The position numbers and the translations under genes are program-made. The notes beneath the pieces were generated by a model. It ran no database searches, was not told the origin of the DNA, and saw only the letters and a program-made list of their open reading frames with translations. Of a stretch of 46,572 bases of DNA, positions 9,141 through 18,336 are shown piece after piece. Source of the DNA: Actinomycetota bacterium (lineage in GTDB: Bacteria > Actinomycetota > Acidimicrobiia > Acidimicrobiales > Ilumatobacteraceae); the NCBI GenBank assembly GCA_009705865.1, contig WLSJ01000001.1:1-46572 (forward strand), read 5' to 3'. Numbering within the stretch: position 1 is the stretch's first letter; every line of letters begins with the position of its first letter.

Positions 9141-10031
9141 TCAGATAGAGCGTGTGGCATCTGCCAGTTCTTGCCATTGCTTCATCGGCAACGTGCCAGG
9201 GGCATCGGTGAGTACCTGAACACATACGTGATCTGCACCAGAATCAAGATGTCCTTTGATGCGGGAAACTATTTGTTCCGTTGTGCCCCATGCAACGATG
9301 GCATCGACAACACGATCTTCTTGATTTGTCACTTCATCGGCTGTAAAGCCCATACGAACAAGGTTGTTCACATAGTTCGGCAAACGCGTGTATGTCTTCA
9401 TATGTTGGCGAGCAATGTCACGCGCCTTTGCTGGATCGGTTTCGAACACCACGGCTTGCTCTGGGGCCAGCAATGCACCAGCGCCCATAGTTTTGCGTGC
9501 AAATGCTGTGTGCTCCACAGGAATGAAATACGGGTGAGCCCCGGCACCACGTTCAGCTGCAAGCTTCAACATCTTTGGCCCTAGAGCTGCAAGAACTCGT
9601 TGCGGTGGCGTACTAGGCGCTGGTGAAAAGAAAATTCCTGCATCCATTGCGTCGAGATATTCAACCATTGTGGAATATGGCTTGTCGTAATTGCCCTTGT
9701 GCACGCCGTTCACCATTGGTGCATGGCTGACGCCCATTCCTAACAGGAAACGATCGGGAAATGCTTCGGTGACGGTTTTCCAACCGGCTTGCATTGTTTG
9801 CGCAGTGCGAGCATGAATGCTTGCGATACCCGTTGCCAAGACCATCTTCTTAGTAGCAGACAACAGCAGTGCGGTTGATGCAAAGGGCTCACGCAATACG
9901 GCTTCAGGAACCCACACAGTGCCGAAACCCATGGTCTCTACTTCTGCGATTGCTTCCTGCGCCTTAGCCATTGGTTGCAGGTCAAAGTCTGCAGTCCATA
10001 GTCCGACTCGTCCAAGATTAATTGTGCTCAT
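9141..10031 (-). CDS. luciferase-like monooxygenase (LLM) class F420-dependent oxidoreductase
   Basis: 296 aa. The N-terminus LGRVGLWT... and the overall TIM-barrel LLM pattern (GFGTVWVPE, GMGVSH) match this class. Confidence 0.8.
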   Translation of the reverse strand: MSTINLGRVGLWTADFDLQPMAKAQEAIAEVETMGFGTVWVPEAVLREPFASTALLLSATKKMVLATGIASIHARTAQTMQAGWKTVTEAFPDRFLLGMGVSHAPMVNGVHKGNYDKPYSTMVEYLDAMDAGIFFSPAPSTPPQRVLAALGPKMLKLAAERGAGAHPYFIPVEHTAFARKTMGAGALLAPEQAVVFETDPAKARDIARQHMKTYTRLPNYVNNLVRMGFTADEVTNQEDRVVDAIVAWGTTEQIVSRIKGHLDSGADHVCVQVLTDAPGTLPMKQWQELADATRSI

Positions 10032-10066
10032 GTCATTCAGACTAGAGCCTCAGTCTCGCGAAATGA

Positions 10067-10858
10067 TTAGCGCTGCAATAGCCAGTCGTCAATCAGACGG
10101 CGTGCGATTGAAATGGCTCCAGGAATCATGGGCAGGTCTTCCCTGTTGTACCAATTGGCATCAGCAATTTCGGTGGTATCACACACAATGTCGCCAGAGA
10201 CATAGCTGGCGCGAAATCCGAGCATCAGTGAATTCGGAAACGGCCACGGCTGACTTGCAACATATTGAATGTTGTTCACAACAATGCCCACTTCTTCTTC
10301 TACTTCACGCGCCACTGCTTGTTCCAAGTTTTCACCTGGTTCCACAAAGCCGGCAAGACATGAGTACAACGGCATTGGGAAATTAGTTCCTCGTGCAAGT
10401 AACGCCTGCTGGTCATCGCCTTCACCGCGCGTGACCAATGTGATGATGGCGGGAGACAAACGAGGAAACTGCATGAGCGAACATGCGGGGCATCGAAACG
10501 CACGCTCGTTGTGTGCAAGTTCAGTTGGTTCGCCGCATCGGCCGCAGAAACGATGCGTGCGCGCCCATTCAATGAGCTGTACCGCACGTCCCGCTACTGC
10601 CCATTCGGTATTACTGACACGGGCAAACAAGGAATACAGATCAGTCTCAGCGCCATAGCCAGGGTCTTCGCCATGCGGAACGTCAATACCCCAACAAGCA
10701 ATGTCTCCGTGCATGCCAAGAAAGTGACTGGTCCATCCTTCTTCGGCCGGACGGTCATCAATGAACACCTTGGTGCCAACCACATGGATATAGCGATGTT
10801 CAACCGCAGAATCGGCGGGAATCAGTGACGGGCGAAAGGGGGAATCTTGCTGGCTCAT
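10067..10858 (-). CDS. nudC: NAD+ diphosphatase (NADH pyrophosphatase), Nudix family
   Basis: It has the zinc ribbon CGRCGEPTELAHNERAFRCPAC followed by the Nudix box GFVEPGENLEQAVAREVEEEVG. I chose ATG 10858 (MSQQDSPF...) so that it does not overlap the divergent thiolase start. Confidence 0.85.
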   Translation of the reverse strand: MSQQDSPFRPSLIPADSAVEHRYIHVVGTKVFIDDRPAEEGWTSHFLGMHGDIACWGIDVPHGEDPGYGAETDLYSLFARVSNTEWAVAGRAVQLIEWARTHRFCGRCGEPTELAHNERAFRCPACSLMQFPRLSPAIITLVTRGEGDDQQALLARGTNFPMPLYSCLAGFVEPGENLEQAVAREVEEEVGIVVNNIQYVASQPWPFPNSLMLGFRASYVSGDIVCDTTEIADANWYNREDLPMIPGAISIARRLIDDWLLQR

Positions 10859-10902
10859 TGCCCACTGACGGTAGTGCGTATTGCGCTGTCTAGGATAACT
10901 AC

Positions 10903-12090
10903 ATGGCACGTTCCCAAAACTCAGTAGTAATTATCGACACCTTGCGCACCCCAATCGGCAAGCGCAACGGAGGTTTGTCCACCTTGCACCCAGGCGAATT
11001 GCTCGGCATTGTGCAAAAAGGAATTCTTGATCGCACAGGTCTTGACCCAGCACTTGTTGAACAAGTTGTTGGCGGTTGCGTTAGTCAAGTCGGCGAACAG
11101 GCATTCAACATCACTCGTACTGCATGGTTGGCAGCTGGCCTTCCACTCACCACCGCTGCAACCACCATTGATACACAGTGTGGTTCTTCACAACAGGCCA
11201 CTGGTCTTGCAAGTTCACTCATTGGTTCTGGCGTTGTTGACATTGCAATTGCTTGTGGTGTTGAAGCAATGAGCCGAGTACCCATCGGAGCATCGGGCCG
11301 CAAAGAATTTGGTCTCGGTATCCCAATGCCAAAGACATACTTCGCCGAGTACGAAATGACTTCTCAATTCGAAGGCGCAGAGCGCATCGCTGACAAGTGG
11401 GGCATCTCTCGCGAAGACACAGACAAGTGGGGCCTTATTTCTCAACAGCGCGCAATTCGTGCATGGGAAGAAGACCGCTTTGCTGGTCAGTTCATCGAAG
11501 TAGATGCACCAGAAGTGAACGAAGCCGGCGAAGTCACTGGTACACGTCGCGTGTCACGCGACGAAGGCTTGCGCGAAACTACTTTGGAAAAGCTCAGCAC
11601 CCTGAAGCCAGTTGGTCGCCCAGATGGTGTCCACACAGCTGGTAACTCATCGCAGATTTCTGATGGCGCATCAGCAGTTCTCATGATGACCGAAGAAAAG
11701 GCCAATCAACTCGGCCTCAAGGCACGTGCTCGCATCGTTGACTCTTGCCTAGTCGGGGTTGATCCGGTACTCATGTTGACAGGACCAATTGATGCAACCC
11801 AGCGTCTCCTTCAGCGCAACAACTTGAAGATCTCGGACATTGATGTGTTTGAAATCAACGAGGCGTTTGCGTCTGTTGTTCTGGCATGGGCCAAAGAAGT
11901 TGGTGCTGATCCTGAGCGCACAAACCCCAACGGTGGTGCAATCGCTCTTGGTCATCCTCTCGGCGCAACAGGCGCCTTCCTTGTCACCAAGGCACTGAAC
12001 GAACTCGAGCGCACCGGTGGTCGCTACGCAATCGTTTCAATGTGCTGTGGTGGTGGCCTCGGAACCGGCACGCTCATCGAGCGTCTCTAA
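10903..12090 (+). CDS. acetyl-CoA C-acyltransferase (thiolase)
   Basis: Active-site Cys context DTQCGSSQQA, NPNGGAIALGHPLGATG and the C-terminal CCGGGLG. Confidence 0.9.
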   Translation: MARSQNSVVIIDTLRTPIGKRNGGLSTLHPGELLGIVQKGILDRTGLDPALVEQVVGGCVSQVGEQAFNITRTAWLAAGLPLTTAATTIDTQCGSSQQATGLASSLIGSGVVDIAIACGVEAMSRVPIGASGRKEFGLGIPMPKTYFAEYEMTSQFEGAERIADKWGISREDTDKWGLISQQRAIRAWEEDRFAGQFIEVDAPEVNEAGEVTGTRRVSRDEGLRETTLEKLSTLKPVGRPDGVHTAGNSSQISDGASAVLMMTEEKANQLGLKARARIVDSCLVGVDPVLMLTGPIDATQRLLQRNNLKISDIDVFEINEAFASVVLAWAKEVGADPERTNPNGGAIALGHPLGATGAFLVTKALNELERTGGRYAIVSMCCGGGLGTGTLIERL

Positions 12091-12093
12091 ACA

Positions 12094-12099
12094 AAGGAG
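12094..12099 (+). promoter_or_regulatory. Shine-Dalgarno AAGGAG for the nuclease gene
   Basis: AAGGAG lies 5 nt upstream of ATG 12105. Confidence 0.6.
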
Positions 12100-12104
12100 C
12101 GCGC

Positions 12105-12611
12105 ATGGCGCGCAATCATGTGGCCGTCACGGCTGTTCTCTTTTCATCGCTTCTATTCGGCTGCGCCCAAAAACAAATCGCCGTCACTCCTGACGGTCGT
12201 GTTCATGGCGTCATCACTCATGTCACAGACGGCGACACAGTCGATGTTCGCTTCGGTAGCAACACTGAAAAGATTCGACTCATAGGGGTTGATACCCCCG
12301 AAACGAAACACCCCACAAAACCAGTGGGCTGTTGGGGGCCTGAGGCATCTGCACACACAACGGCGTTATTGCCACCCGGCACTGATGTGTACATCGTGCG
12401 TGATGCAGAAGCTCGAGACAAATACAAACGACTGTTGGCATACGTGTATCGATCAGCCGACAACTTATTTGTCAATTACGAATTGGTCGCAGGTGGTTGG
12501 GGCGTGCCCCTCTCCATTGCGCCGAATACTGCATTCGAAACGGACTTTGCGGCGGCTGCGTATTCAGCACAACAAGCAGATCTCGGGTTATGGGGACACT
12601 GTCGGGGGTAG
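12105..12611 (+). CDS. thermonuclease (staphylococcal-nuclease fold) lipoprotein
   Basis: It has a lipobox (LLFGC) after a short signal peptide. SNase motifs are present: DGDTVDV, IRLIGVDTPET and DKYKRLLAYV. The start is supported by the AAGGAG site. Confidence 0.85.
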   Translation: MARNHVAVTAVLFSSLLFGCAQKQIAVTPDGRVHGVITHVTDGDTVDVRFGSNTEKIRLIGVDTPETKHPTKPVGCWGPEASAHTTALLPPGTDVYIVRDAEARDKYKRLLAYVYRSADNLFVNYELVAGGWGVPLSIAPNTAFETDFAAAAYSAQQADLGLWGHCRG

Positions 12612-12620
12612 TGTTTCTGT

Positions 12621-13460
12621 ATGCCAGACAGTCGCACTCTTGCCTCACGATTGGGTCACAGCGACGATGCACGACTGGTCATCATCTCGTGCGACGATCT
12701 CGGTTCATGTCATGCGGCCACTGAAGGCGTCTACCAAGCACTGCGTGACGGAGTTGCTACGTGTGCATCAATCATGGTGCCTGCACCGTGGGCAAGATAC
12801 GCAGCACAGCAATACAACGGCGACGACATTGGTGTGCACCTCACACTGAATGCCGAACATCCTTTGTACAGATGGGGCCCATTGACTCACGCTCCATCAC
12901 TGTTGTCAGGCGAAGGAGGCTTTCCTCGGTCAGTTGATGACTTGTGGGAACACGCCGATTCAACAGAAGTGTTGCGTGAATGTCGAGCACAAATTGAGCG
13001 TGCATTGGCATGGGGTATTGATGTCACACATCTTGCACCACACCTCACGTCCATCACTGTGAGGCCAGAATTTTTTGATGTGTATCTCGAACTTGCTGTG
13101 GAGTTCAAACTGCCTATCCGTTTGCCTTCCACCATCTCTGCGTCATCAGCTGGTTTTCCATTCCGTCAGTTAGCTACTGATGAAGGCGTTGTGTTTCCTG
13201 ATCATTTTGACCATGACTGGCGCACGGGAAGTCGTGAACGCGTTCTTAGTGCGCTTGCTTCACTTGAACCTGGTGTCACAGAAATTCATGTGCAGCCTTC
13301 AATAGACACTCCTGAAGTGCGAGCACTTGGTGATGTAGCGGTCGGATGGATCGACGACTTGGCTCTTGCTCTGAGCGATGAACTTCGCAGCGCTATTGCG
13401 TCAAGTGGCGCAGTGCTAATTGGCTATCGCGAATTACGCGACGCCATGCGTGCTAACTAA
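12621..13460 (+). CDS. YdjC/ChbG-family carbohydrate deacetylase
   Basis: The N-terminal pattern LVIISCDDLGSCHAATEGVYQALRDGVATCASIMV...GVHLTLN matches the YdjC family (DDxG...N.G.......G.....S.MV...HL.L). Confidence 0.7.
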   Translation: MPDSRTLASRLGHSDDARLVIISCDDLGSCHAATEGVYQALRDGVATCASIMVPAPWARYAAQQYNGDDIGVHLTLNAEHPLYRWGPLTHAPSLLSGEGGFPRSVDDLWEHADSTEVLRECRAQIERALAWGIDVTHLAPHLTSITVRPEFFDVYLELAVEFKLPIRLPSTISASSAGFPFRQLATDEGVVFPDHFDHDWRTGSRERVLSALASLEPGVTEIHVQPSIDTPEVRALGDVAVGWIDDLALALSDELRSAIASSGAVLIGYRELRDAMRAN

Positions 13461-14374
13461 CGAATCCCGACAAACATGTCGGTTTCCATCATTCCTTCTG
13501 GCACGTCGCGGTGATGACTCTGGGCCAAAATCCAGTCTTCCCACGGATACACGTCAGCTAATTCGGCGTCTGTGAGTCCGAACCAAAACTTGGCAGCAGG
13601 ATCAACTTGAGTGGCATGCGCACGAAGCGACTGAGTGCGCGCAAAGAGATAATCGCCAATATGCAGACGCGTTGTAACACGGTGATCTTGAGACGGACGA
13701 TTACGCCAGTTCTCATCAAACGGTGACTCGCCATATTTCAACACCAATGCTTCATGCACTGCAAGAATGCGCTCTTTTGCCCACAATGTGTAATACATCT
13801 TTTGTGGTTGCCATGGCTCCCCAGCTTCGGGGTACCACGCAGGGTCGCCCGCACGATCAAATGCCAACACACTTGCATCATGAACCCGTAAATGATCAGG
13901 GTGCGGATAACTGGCTTGGTCATCGTTGTACGTGAGAATTACATGCGGACGCTCGAGTCGAATCAAGCGAACAAGACGACCGGCAGCTTCATCAAGATCT
14001 GCCATATGGAAACAATCAGGATTGTTGTTCGAATCAGAACCAGCCATGCCCGAATCTCTGTAGCCCAACATATGCAGAGCACTAAAACCAATGGCCTCAA
14101 CTGACCTGCGCAACTCTTCAGGGCGCACAATGGCGAGGTGCGCTCGTTCTTGTTCAGGCGTCATGTCGTGAAACGGCTGGCCTGGTTCACGCAACGCCGG
14201 GTTCTGCAGATCGCCTTCTTCGCCGCCTGTGCAGCACACGAGCACTGTCCGCACTCCTTCAGCAAAGTACTTCGCCACCGTGGGAGCACCTTTAGACGCC
14301 TCATCATCAGGATGAGCGTGAATTGTCATGAGGCAGAGTGGATCTCCCGAGGAAGACAATGGGGGCGTAGGCAT
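13457..14374 (-). CDS. mca: mycothiol S-conjugate amidase (LmbE/PIG-L family)
   Basis: The motifs HAHPDDEASKGAPTVAKY, YPHPDHLRVH, AGEPWQPQKMYY and LRAHATQVDP are collinear with Mca as I recall it from Mycobacterium. I prefer ATG 14374. The track starts at TTG 14395, and ATG 14329 is also possible. Confidence 0.8.
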   Translation of the reverse strand: MPTPPLSSSGDPLCLMTIHAHPDDEASKGAPTVAKYFAEGVRTVLVCCTGGEEGDLQNPALREPGQPFHDMTPEQERAHLAIVRPEELRRSVEAIGFSALHMLGYRDSGMAGSDSNNNPDCFHMADLDEAAGRLVRLIRLERPHVILTYNDDQASYPHPDHLRVHDASVLAFDRAGDPAWYPEAGEPWQPQKMYYTLWAKERILAVHEALVLKYGESPFDENWRNRPSQDHRVTTRLHIGDYLFARTQSLRAHATQVDPAAKFWFGLTDAELADVYPWEDWILAQSHHRDVPEGMMETDMFVGIR

Positions 14375-14438
14375 CCTTGACAGGATAGTGACCAAGCGGT
14401 CATGAACCGATCACGCTGGGGGGTTGTTCCACCGCTAA

Positions 14439-14714
14439 GGGTGTTCAATCTGTGAGAATAGCCATATCGACTTCTCCACCACTGCCCTGCCGATTGGCAT
14501 TTTTGAGACGGACATCAACTGTCGTCTCACAGCTGGCAACGATGCCTTTCGCGCATTAGTCCTCGGAGGAGCACCCGTCAGTGTTGGTACTGCTCCGTGG
14601 GTCAATGCATTACCGCAAGAACGAACAGAATGTGAACGACGCTGGGTACAGCATCGTGACAGCGGAGAAACTTTTACTGTTGAATTCCGCATCGGATTAG
14701 CAACGGGTGAAGTC
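14439..14714 (+). other. in-frame PAS-encoding extension upstream of the first canonical start of the GGDEF-EAL gene
   Basis: 92 open codons run in the same frame as ATG 14715. They encode ...TTALPIGIFETDINCRLTAGNDAFRALV...ETFTVEFRIGLATGEV, the N-terminal half of a PAS fold. No ATG, GTG or TTG occurs in this stretch. Confidence 0.6.
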
Positions 14715-16547
14715 ATGTGGATTCAAGCGTCAACTCAACCCGTTGTTATTGATGGCGCACTTGCCGGTTACATCGGAACGGCCATTGATTGCACGTCACT
14801 TGTGACACAGCGGCAACTGTCTGATCAGCTTGTCGGGTTACTTGATGTCTCTGGCGATGCAGTACTTGTTTTTGATCGTGTTGGTGAACTGATGTTTGCA
14901 AACGACACCGCACGCACGCTCATTGGCGTCGCTGACCCTGGTGCAGGCGCTGGCGACATCGCTGCACGCACGTTTATGCAAGCAGTGCGCGACCAATTGC
15001 CTCGCGTCTTGCTTGATGCTGCCCCACCAGCTGATTCATCGCATCGCTGGGAAGGTGAAATAGGTTTCCGTTCCCCAGATGGCATTGCCCGCACGCTGTC
15101 TGTTGTGGTGCAAGTAGTGCGCGATGCCAACGGAAGCGTGCATCACTGGGCCACGATCACCCGCGATATCACTGAAGAGCGACAATCACAAGCCGAACTT
15201 GCACGCCAAGCAACCCACGATGCATTAACCGGGTTACCGAACCGAGTGTTATTCGAGCGCAAGACCACCGAAGCTCTTGAACGTAGTCGCACTACACATT
15301 CAAGTGTCGCTGTGTTGTTTATTGACCTCGACAAACTGAAGCACGTAAACGACACCATTGGTCATGCCGTTGGTGACCAACTGATTGTCACTGTTGCTCG
15401 CCGTCTCGCAGCAGCAACTCGTCCTAGTGACTTAGTGGCACGCATCAGTGGTGATGAGTTTGTTGTTCTGTGTGAGGGGCTACTTGATGAACAAGTTGCT
15501 CTTGATGTTGCCGAGCGAATTCGCACATCAATTACAGGGCCATTGGTATTGCAAGGCGTGGAAATCGAAGCTGGCGCAAGTATCGGTGTCGCAATGTCGA
15601 CACCAGAACTTCTCAGTTCTGAATCAGCTGCTGATGCTGCAGTGACATTGTTACGTTCAGCAGACACCGCTATGTACCGAGCTAAACAACGTGGTCGCGG
15701 CAGATCAGAGCTATACAGCGAAGATATGCGCACAGCTGCCAAAGCACGCCAGACTCTTGCATCAGAACTTGAACAAGCATTGGCAGGCAATCAGTTCGCC
15801 GTGGTCTTTCAACCCATCGAATCAGCCCACACAGGCCGCGTGGTTGCTGCAGAAGCCCTGTTGCGCTGGAATCACCCCACTCGGGGACTACTGGCGCCAG
15901 GCGCCTTCCTTGACCTCGCAGATGAATCTGGACTCATCGCCCCTATTGGTGATTGGGTGCTGAATGAGAGCGCTCGCACAGTCGCAGAATGGATTTCAAC
16001 GGGGCTCGTTGATCGCTCGATGGCAATTCATGTCAATGCCTCGCGCCGTCAACTCTCTGACATCACTTTCGTTGATCGCGCACTAACTATCTTGCGTGAC
16101 AACAATCTTGAAGGCTCTCAACTGGTGTTTGAGACGTCCGAAGCAACATTGGTAGACAACAACCCATCAGTGCTTCGCACAGTTACTGCTCTGAAACGCC
16201 AGGGTGTACGCATTGCAGTTGACGACTTTGGTGCTGGCTATTCATCGCTCGCATCATTGCGCACCTTCCCTGCTGACTTATTGAAGCTTGACGGCACCTT
16301 GGTACGCGATGTCGGACGCACTGACGGCGGCGATGACCCCATGGTGCGTTCTCTTATTCAGTTAGCTCACTCACTGAATTTGATTGTGTGTGCAGAGTGG
16401 GTGACAACCGAAGATCATGTACAGCGCCTCAAAGTTCTTGGGTGTGATTTACTGCAGGGAAACCGCATCGGAGAACCAATTAGTGCAGAAGCATTTGCTA
16501 CTAAATTGCGCAGAGTTTCTGCGCAACCTTCTCAAGCAATCGACTAG
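14715..16547 (+). CDS. PAS-GGDEF-EAL c-di-GMP signalling protein (minimal CDS from the first ATG)
   Basis: A second PAS domain (aa 40-155) is followed by a GGDEF domain with the variant SGDEF (nt 15447-15461). The EAL domain has EALLRW (15852-15860), DDFGAGYSSL and KLDG. Confidence 0.85.
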   Translation: MWIQASTQPVVIDGALAGYIGTAIDCTSLVTQRQLSDQLVGLLDVSGDAVLVFDRVGELMFANDTARTLIGVADPGAGAGDIAARTFMQAVRDQLPRVLLDAAPPADSSHRWEGEIGFRSPDGIARTLSVVVQVVRDANGSVHHWATITRDITEERQSQAELARQATHDALTGLPNRVLFERKTTEALERSRTTHSSVAVLFIDLDKLKHVNDTIGHAVGDQLIVTVARRLAAATRPSDLVARISGDEFVVLCEGLLDEQVALDVAERIRTSITGPLVLQGVEIEAGASIGVAMSTPELLSSESAADAAVTLLRSADTAMYRAKQRGRGRSELYSEDMRTAAKARQTLASELEQALAGNQFAVVFQPIESAHTGRVVAAEALLRWNHPTRGLLAPGAFLDLADESGLIAPIGDWVLNESARTVAEWISTGLVDRSMAIHVNASRRQLSDITFVDRALTILRDNNLEGSQLVFETSEATLVDNNPSVLRTVTALKRQGVRIAVDDFGAGYSSLASLRTFPADLLKLDGTLVRDVGRTDGGDDPMVRSLIQLAHSLNLIVCAEWVTTEDHVQRLKVLGCDLLQGNRIGEPISAEAFATKLRRVSAQPSQAID

Positions 16548-17551
16548 CCCGCCACGGGTGCTGGACCAAGTCCTGCGAAATATGCCAACACTGCAGGGGC
16601 ATCATTTGCAAGGCGGAACACAAAGTTGCTGCCAGACCATCCGCTTGTTACGGGTAACGAATACGACACTGCAGACCCGTCACCCACTGGGCGTAACTTT
16701 CGTGCAAGATCAATGAGATCAAGTCCATCGTCTACAGACACGGCTTCTGCAAATGAATCGAGAACGTTATGTGCATCAAGTGGATTCTGTGCAATATAGC
16801 GAGCGGCCTCTTTAGCTAATAGAGAAATGAAGGCCCTCTGGCGAGTACCGCGACCTACATCTCCTGTTCCCTCTGGTTGCCACTGGCCGTCAATCTTTTC
16901 TTCAAAATGGCGGGAACGGGCATAGGCCAAGGCTTTTGATCCAGTCAATAACTTGCACCCTTTATGTCCGATAAAAAATCCGGTGGCTTTGTCGCGTGAG
17001 CCACGTGGAACACACAGATGCACGCCGCCGATTGCATCAACAATTTTTTTGAAACCAGAAAAATTGACTTCAATGTAATGATGAATCGGGATATTCAAAG
17101 CTCTTTCAATTGTTCGCAATAGAACATCTGCTCCACGTTGATAACCAGCGTTGACTCTCGAAAATTTGTCGTTGTCTGACATTCGCACCCACAAGTCACG
17201 AGGAATCGACATCATTGAAACAGATTTCGCATTGGTGTCGTACCGCAAAAGAATCAGCGTGTCAGAACGCATCCCAGGATTTTTCTCTTCTGAACCCATT
17301 GATGCATAGTCAGCATCATTCGGGTCTGCAGAGGCGCGCGAATCCGAACCAACTAAGAGATAATTCTCAATACCGTCCGTGGCAGGTGACAACGCTGAAG
17401 TTGCTGCCGGAACTCGAGTGACAGAATCAAGATGACCGCGGGTTGCCCTCACAATGCCAAGTGCACCTGCGAGCGACATAACGAGTGCGACACACAACAC
17501 AATCATCCATCGAGGAGCGCCTGCGAATCGCGAGAGTTTGCCTTCGGTCAT
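16544..17551 (-). CDS. LytR-CpsA-Psr (LCP) family cell-wall polymer ligase
   Basis: It has an N-terminal TM anchor (WMIVLCVALVMSLAGALGIV) and the LCP core LLVGSDSR...RSDTLILLRYD...MMSIPRDLWV. I chose ATG 17551, 16 nt downstream of the birA stop. Confidence 0.85.
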   Translation of the reverse strand: MTEGKLSRFAGAPRWMIVLCVALVMSLAGALGIVRATRGHLDSVTRVPAATSALSPATDGIENYLLVGSDSRASADPNDADYASMGSEEKNPGMRSDTLILLRYDTNAKSVSMMSIPRDLWVRMSDNDKFSRVNAGYQRGADVLLRTIERALNIPIHHYIEVNFSGFKKIVDAIGGVHLCVPRGSRDKATGFFIGHKGCKLLTGSKALAYARSRHFEEKIDGQWQPEGTGDVGRGTRQRAFISLLAKEAARYIAQNPLDAHNVLDSFAEAVSVDDGLDLIDLARKLRPVGDGSAVSYSLPVTSGWSGSNFVFRLANDAPAVLAYFAGLGPAPVAG

Positions 17552-17567
17552 CACATGACTACGGTAC

Positions 17568-18317
17568 TCAGTCAGTAGCAGGTCGGAGATGCACCACATC
17601 TGCGGTGTTGATGCGATGCGACACAGCGCAGTCATCAAGAACCACTAATTGACCATCTGGTTCAACCGCTACGGCACGACCAATGATGTTTTCGCCATTT
17701 GGCATTTCTGCACGGACCATTGTCCCCAATGTGGATAAGCACGCGACATACTCGGCGTGCATGACGTCTGGCGATAGGTCTAGTAGGCGATCAATTTCAG
17801 GAAGCATTGCCTCAAGAAATTCTTGGGGGGTGAACTCACGAGTCCACCCGCAGCTTGCTAACGAAGCTGCCCCTGGCGGTGCCCAAGCAAGATTCAGACC
17901 AAGCCCAGCAATCACGAAGGGGATTTTCCCATCTGGTCCGGCTGGCGCTGCCTGAGACAAAATTCCCGACAGCTTTTCACCATTGACCAATATGTCGTTC
18001 GGCCATTTCAACACGGCATTCACACCGCACTGATTTCGTGCAACATACGCAGCAGCGAGCACCACCACCTGAGTCAGGGACTGAATGTGCTCTGGGACAT
18101 TACGGAACAAAAGCGAGACGAGAAGGTTCGCGCCCCGCGGAGCTTCCCATGTGCGATCAAGGCGGCCCCGGCCAGCTGACTGGAAATCAGCCCGCAAGAC
18201 GCTGCGGTCAGGGGCCCCTTCGAGCCCAGCTGCCATCAGGTCAGCATTGGTACTTCCCGTCTCAGGGATGGCTCGAATATGCCAGTGGCTCGATGAGTTC
18301 GCAATTGTGTGGTCCAT
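17568..18317 (-). CDS. birA: biotin--[acetyl-CoA-carboxylase] ligase (no HTH domain)
   Basis: It has the motif GRGRLDRTWEAPRGANL and KWPNDILVNGEKLSGIL. I prefer ATG 18317; the track TTG 18362 would overlap the accA start. Confidence 0.85.
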   Translation of the reverse strand: MDHTIANSSSHWHIRAIPETGSTNADLMAAGLEGAPDRSVLRADFQSAGRGRLDRTWEAPRGANLLVSLLFRNVPEHIQSLTQVVVLAAAYVARNQCGVNAVLKWPNDILVNGEKLSGILSQAAPAGPDGKIPFVIAGLGLNLAWAPPGAASLASCGWTREFTPQEFLEAMLPEIDRLLDLSPDVMHAEYVACLSTLGTMVRAEMPNGENIIGRAVAVEPDGQLVVLDDCAVSHRINTADVVHLRPATD

Positions 18318-18336
18318 TAGACCAAGATTGTCATCT

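Noticed and set aside
14418-14423. A G6 homopolymer as the site of the suspected frameshift in the PAS-GGDEF-EAL gene.
   Set aside because: Shifting frame at the G-run reads straight into TAA 14436-14438. Any frame-joining event has to lie between 14439 and 14453, where there is no homopolymer.
14435-14716. A 93-aa minus-strand ORF in the mca/GGDEF spacer.
   Set aside because: It is exactly antisense to a plus-strand frame that encodes a recognisable PAS-domain sequence. Its own product is Arg/Ser/Pro-rich and featureless.
18085-18336. An 84-codon N-terminal extension of the carboxylase alpha subunit in the ORF track.
   Set aside because: The extension is Arg/Ser/Pro-rich, lies antisense to the birA coding sequence, and precedes the canonical N-terminus (V/M)LKKILIANRGEIA. 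I prefer GTG 18337.
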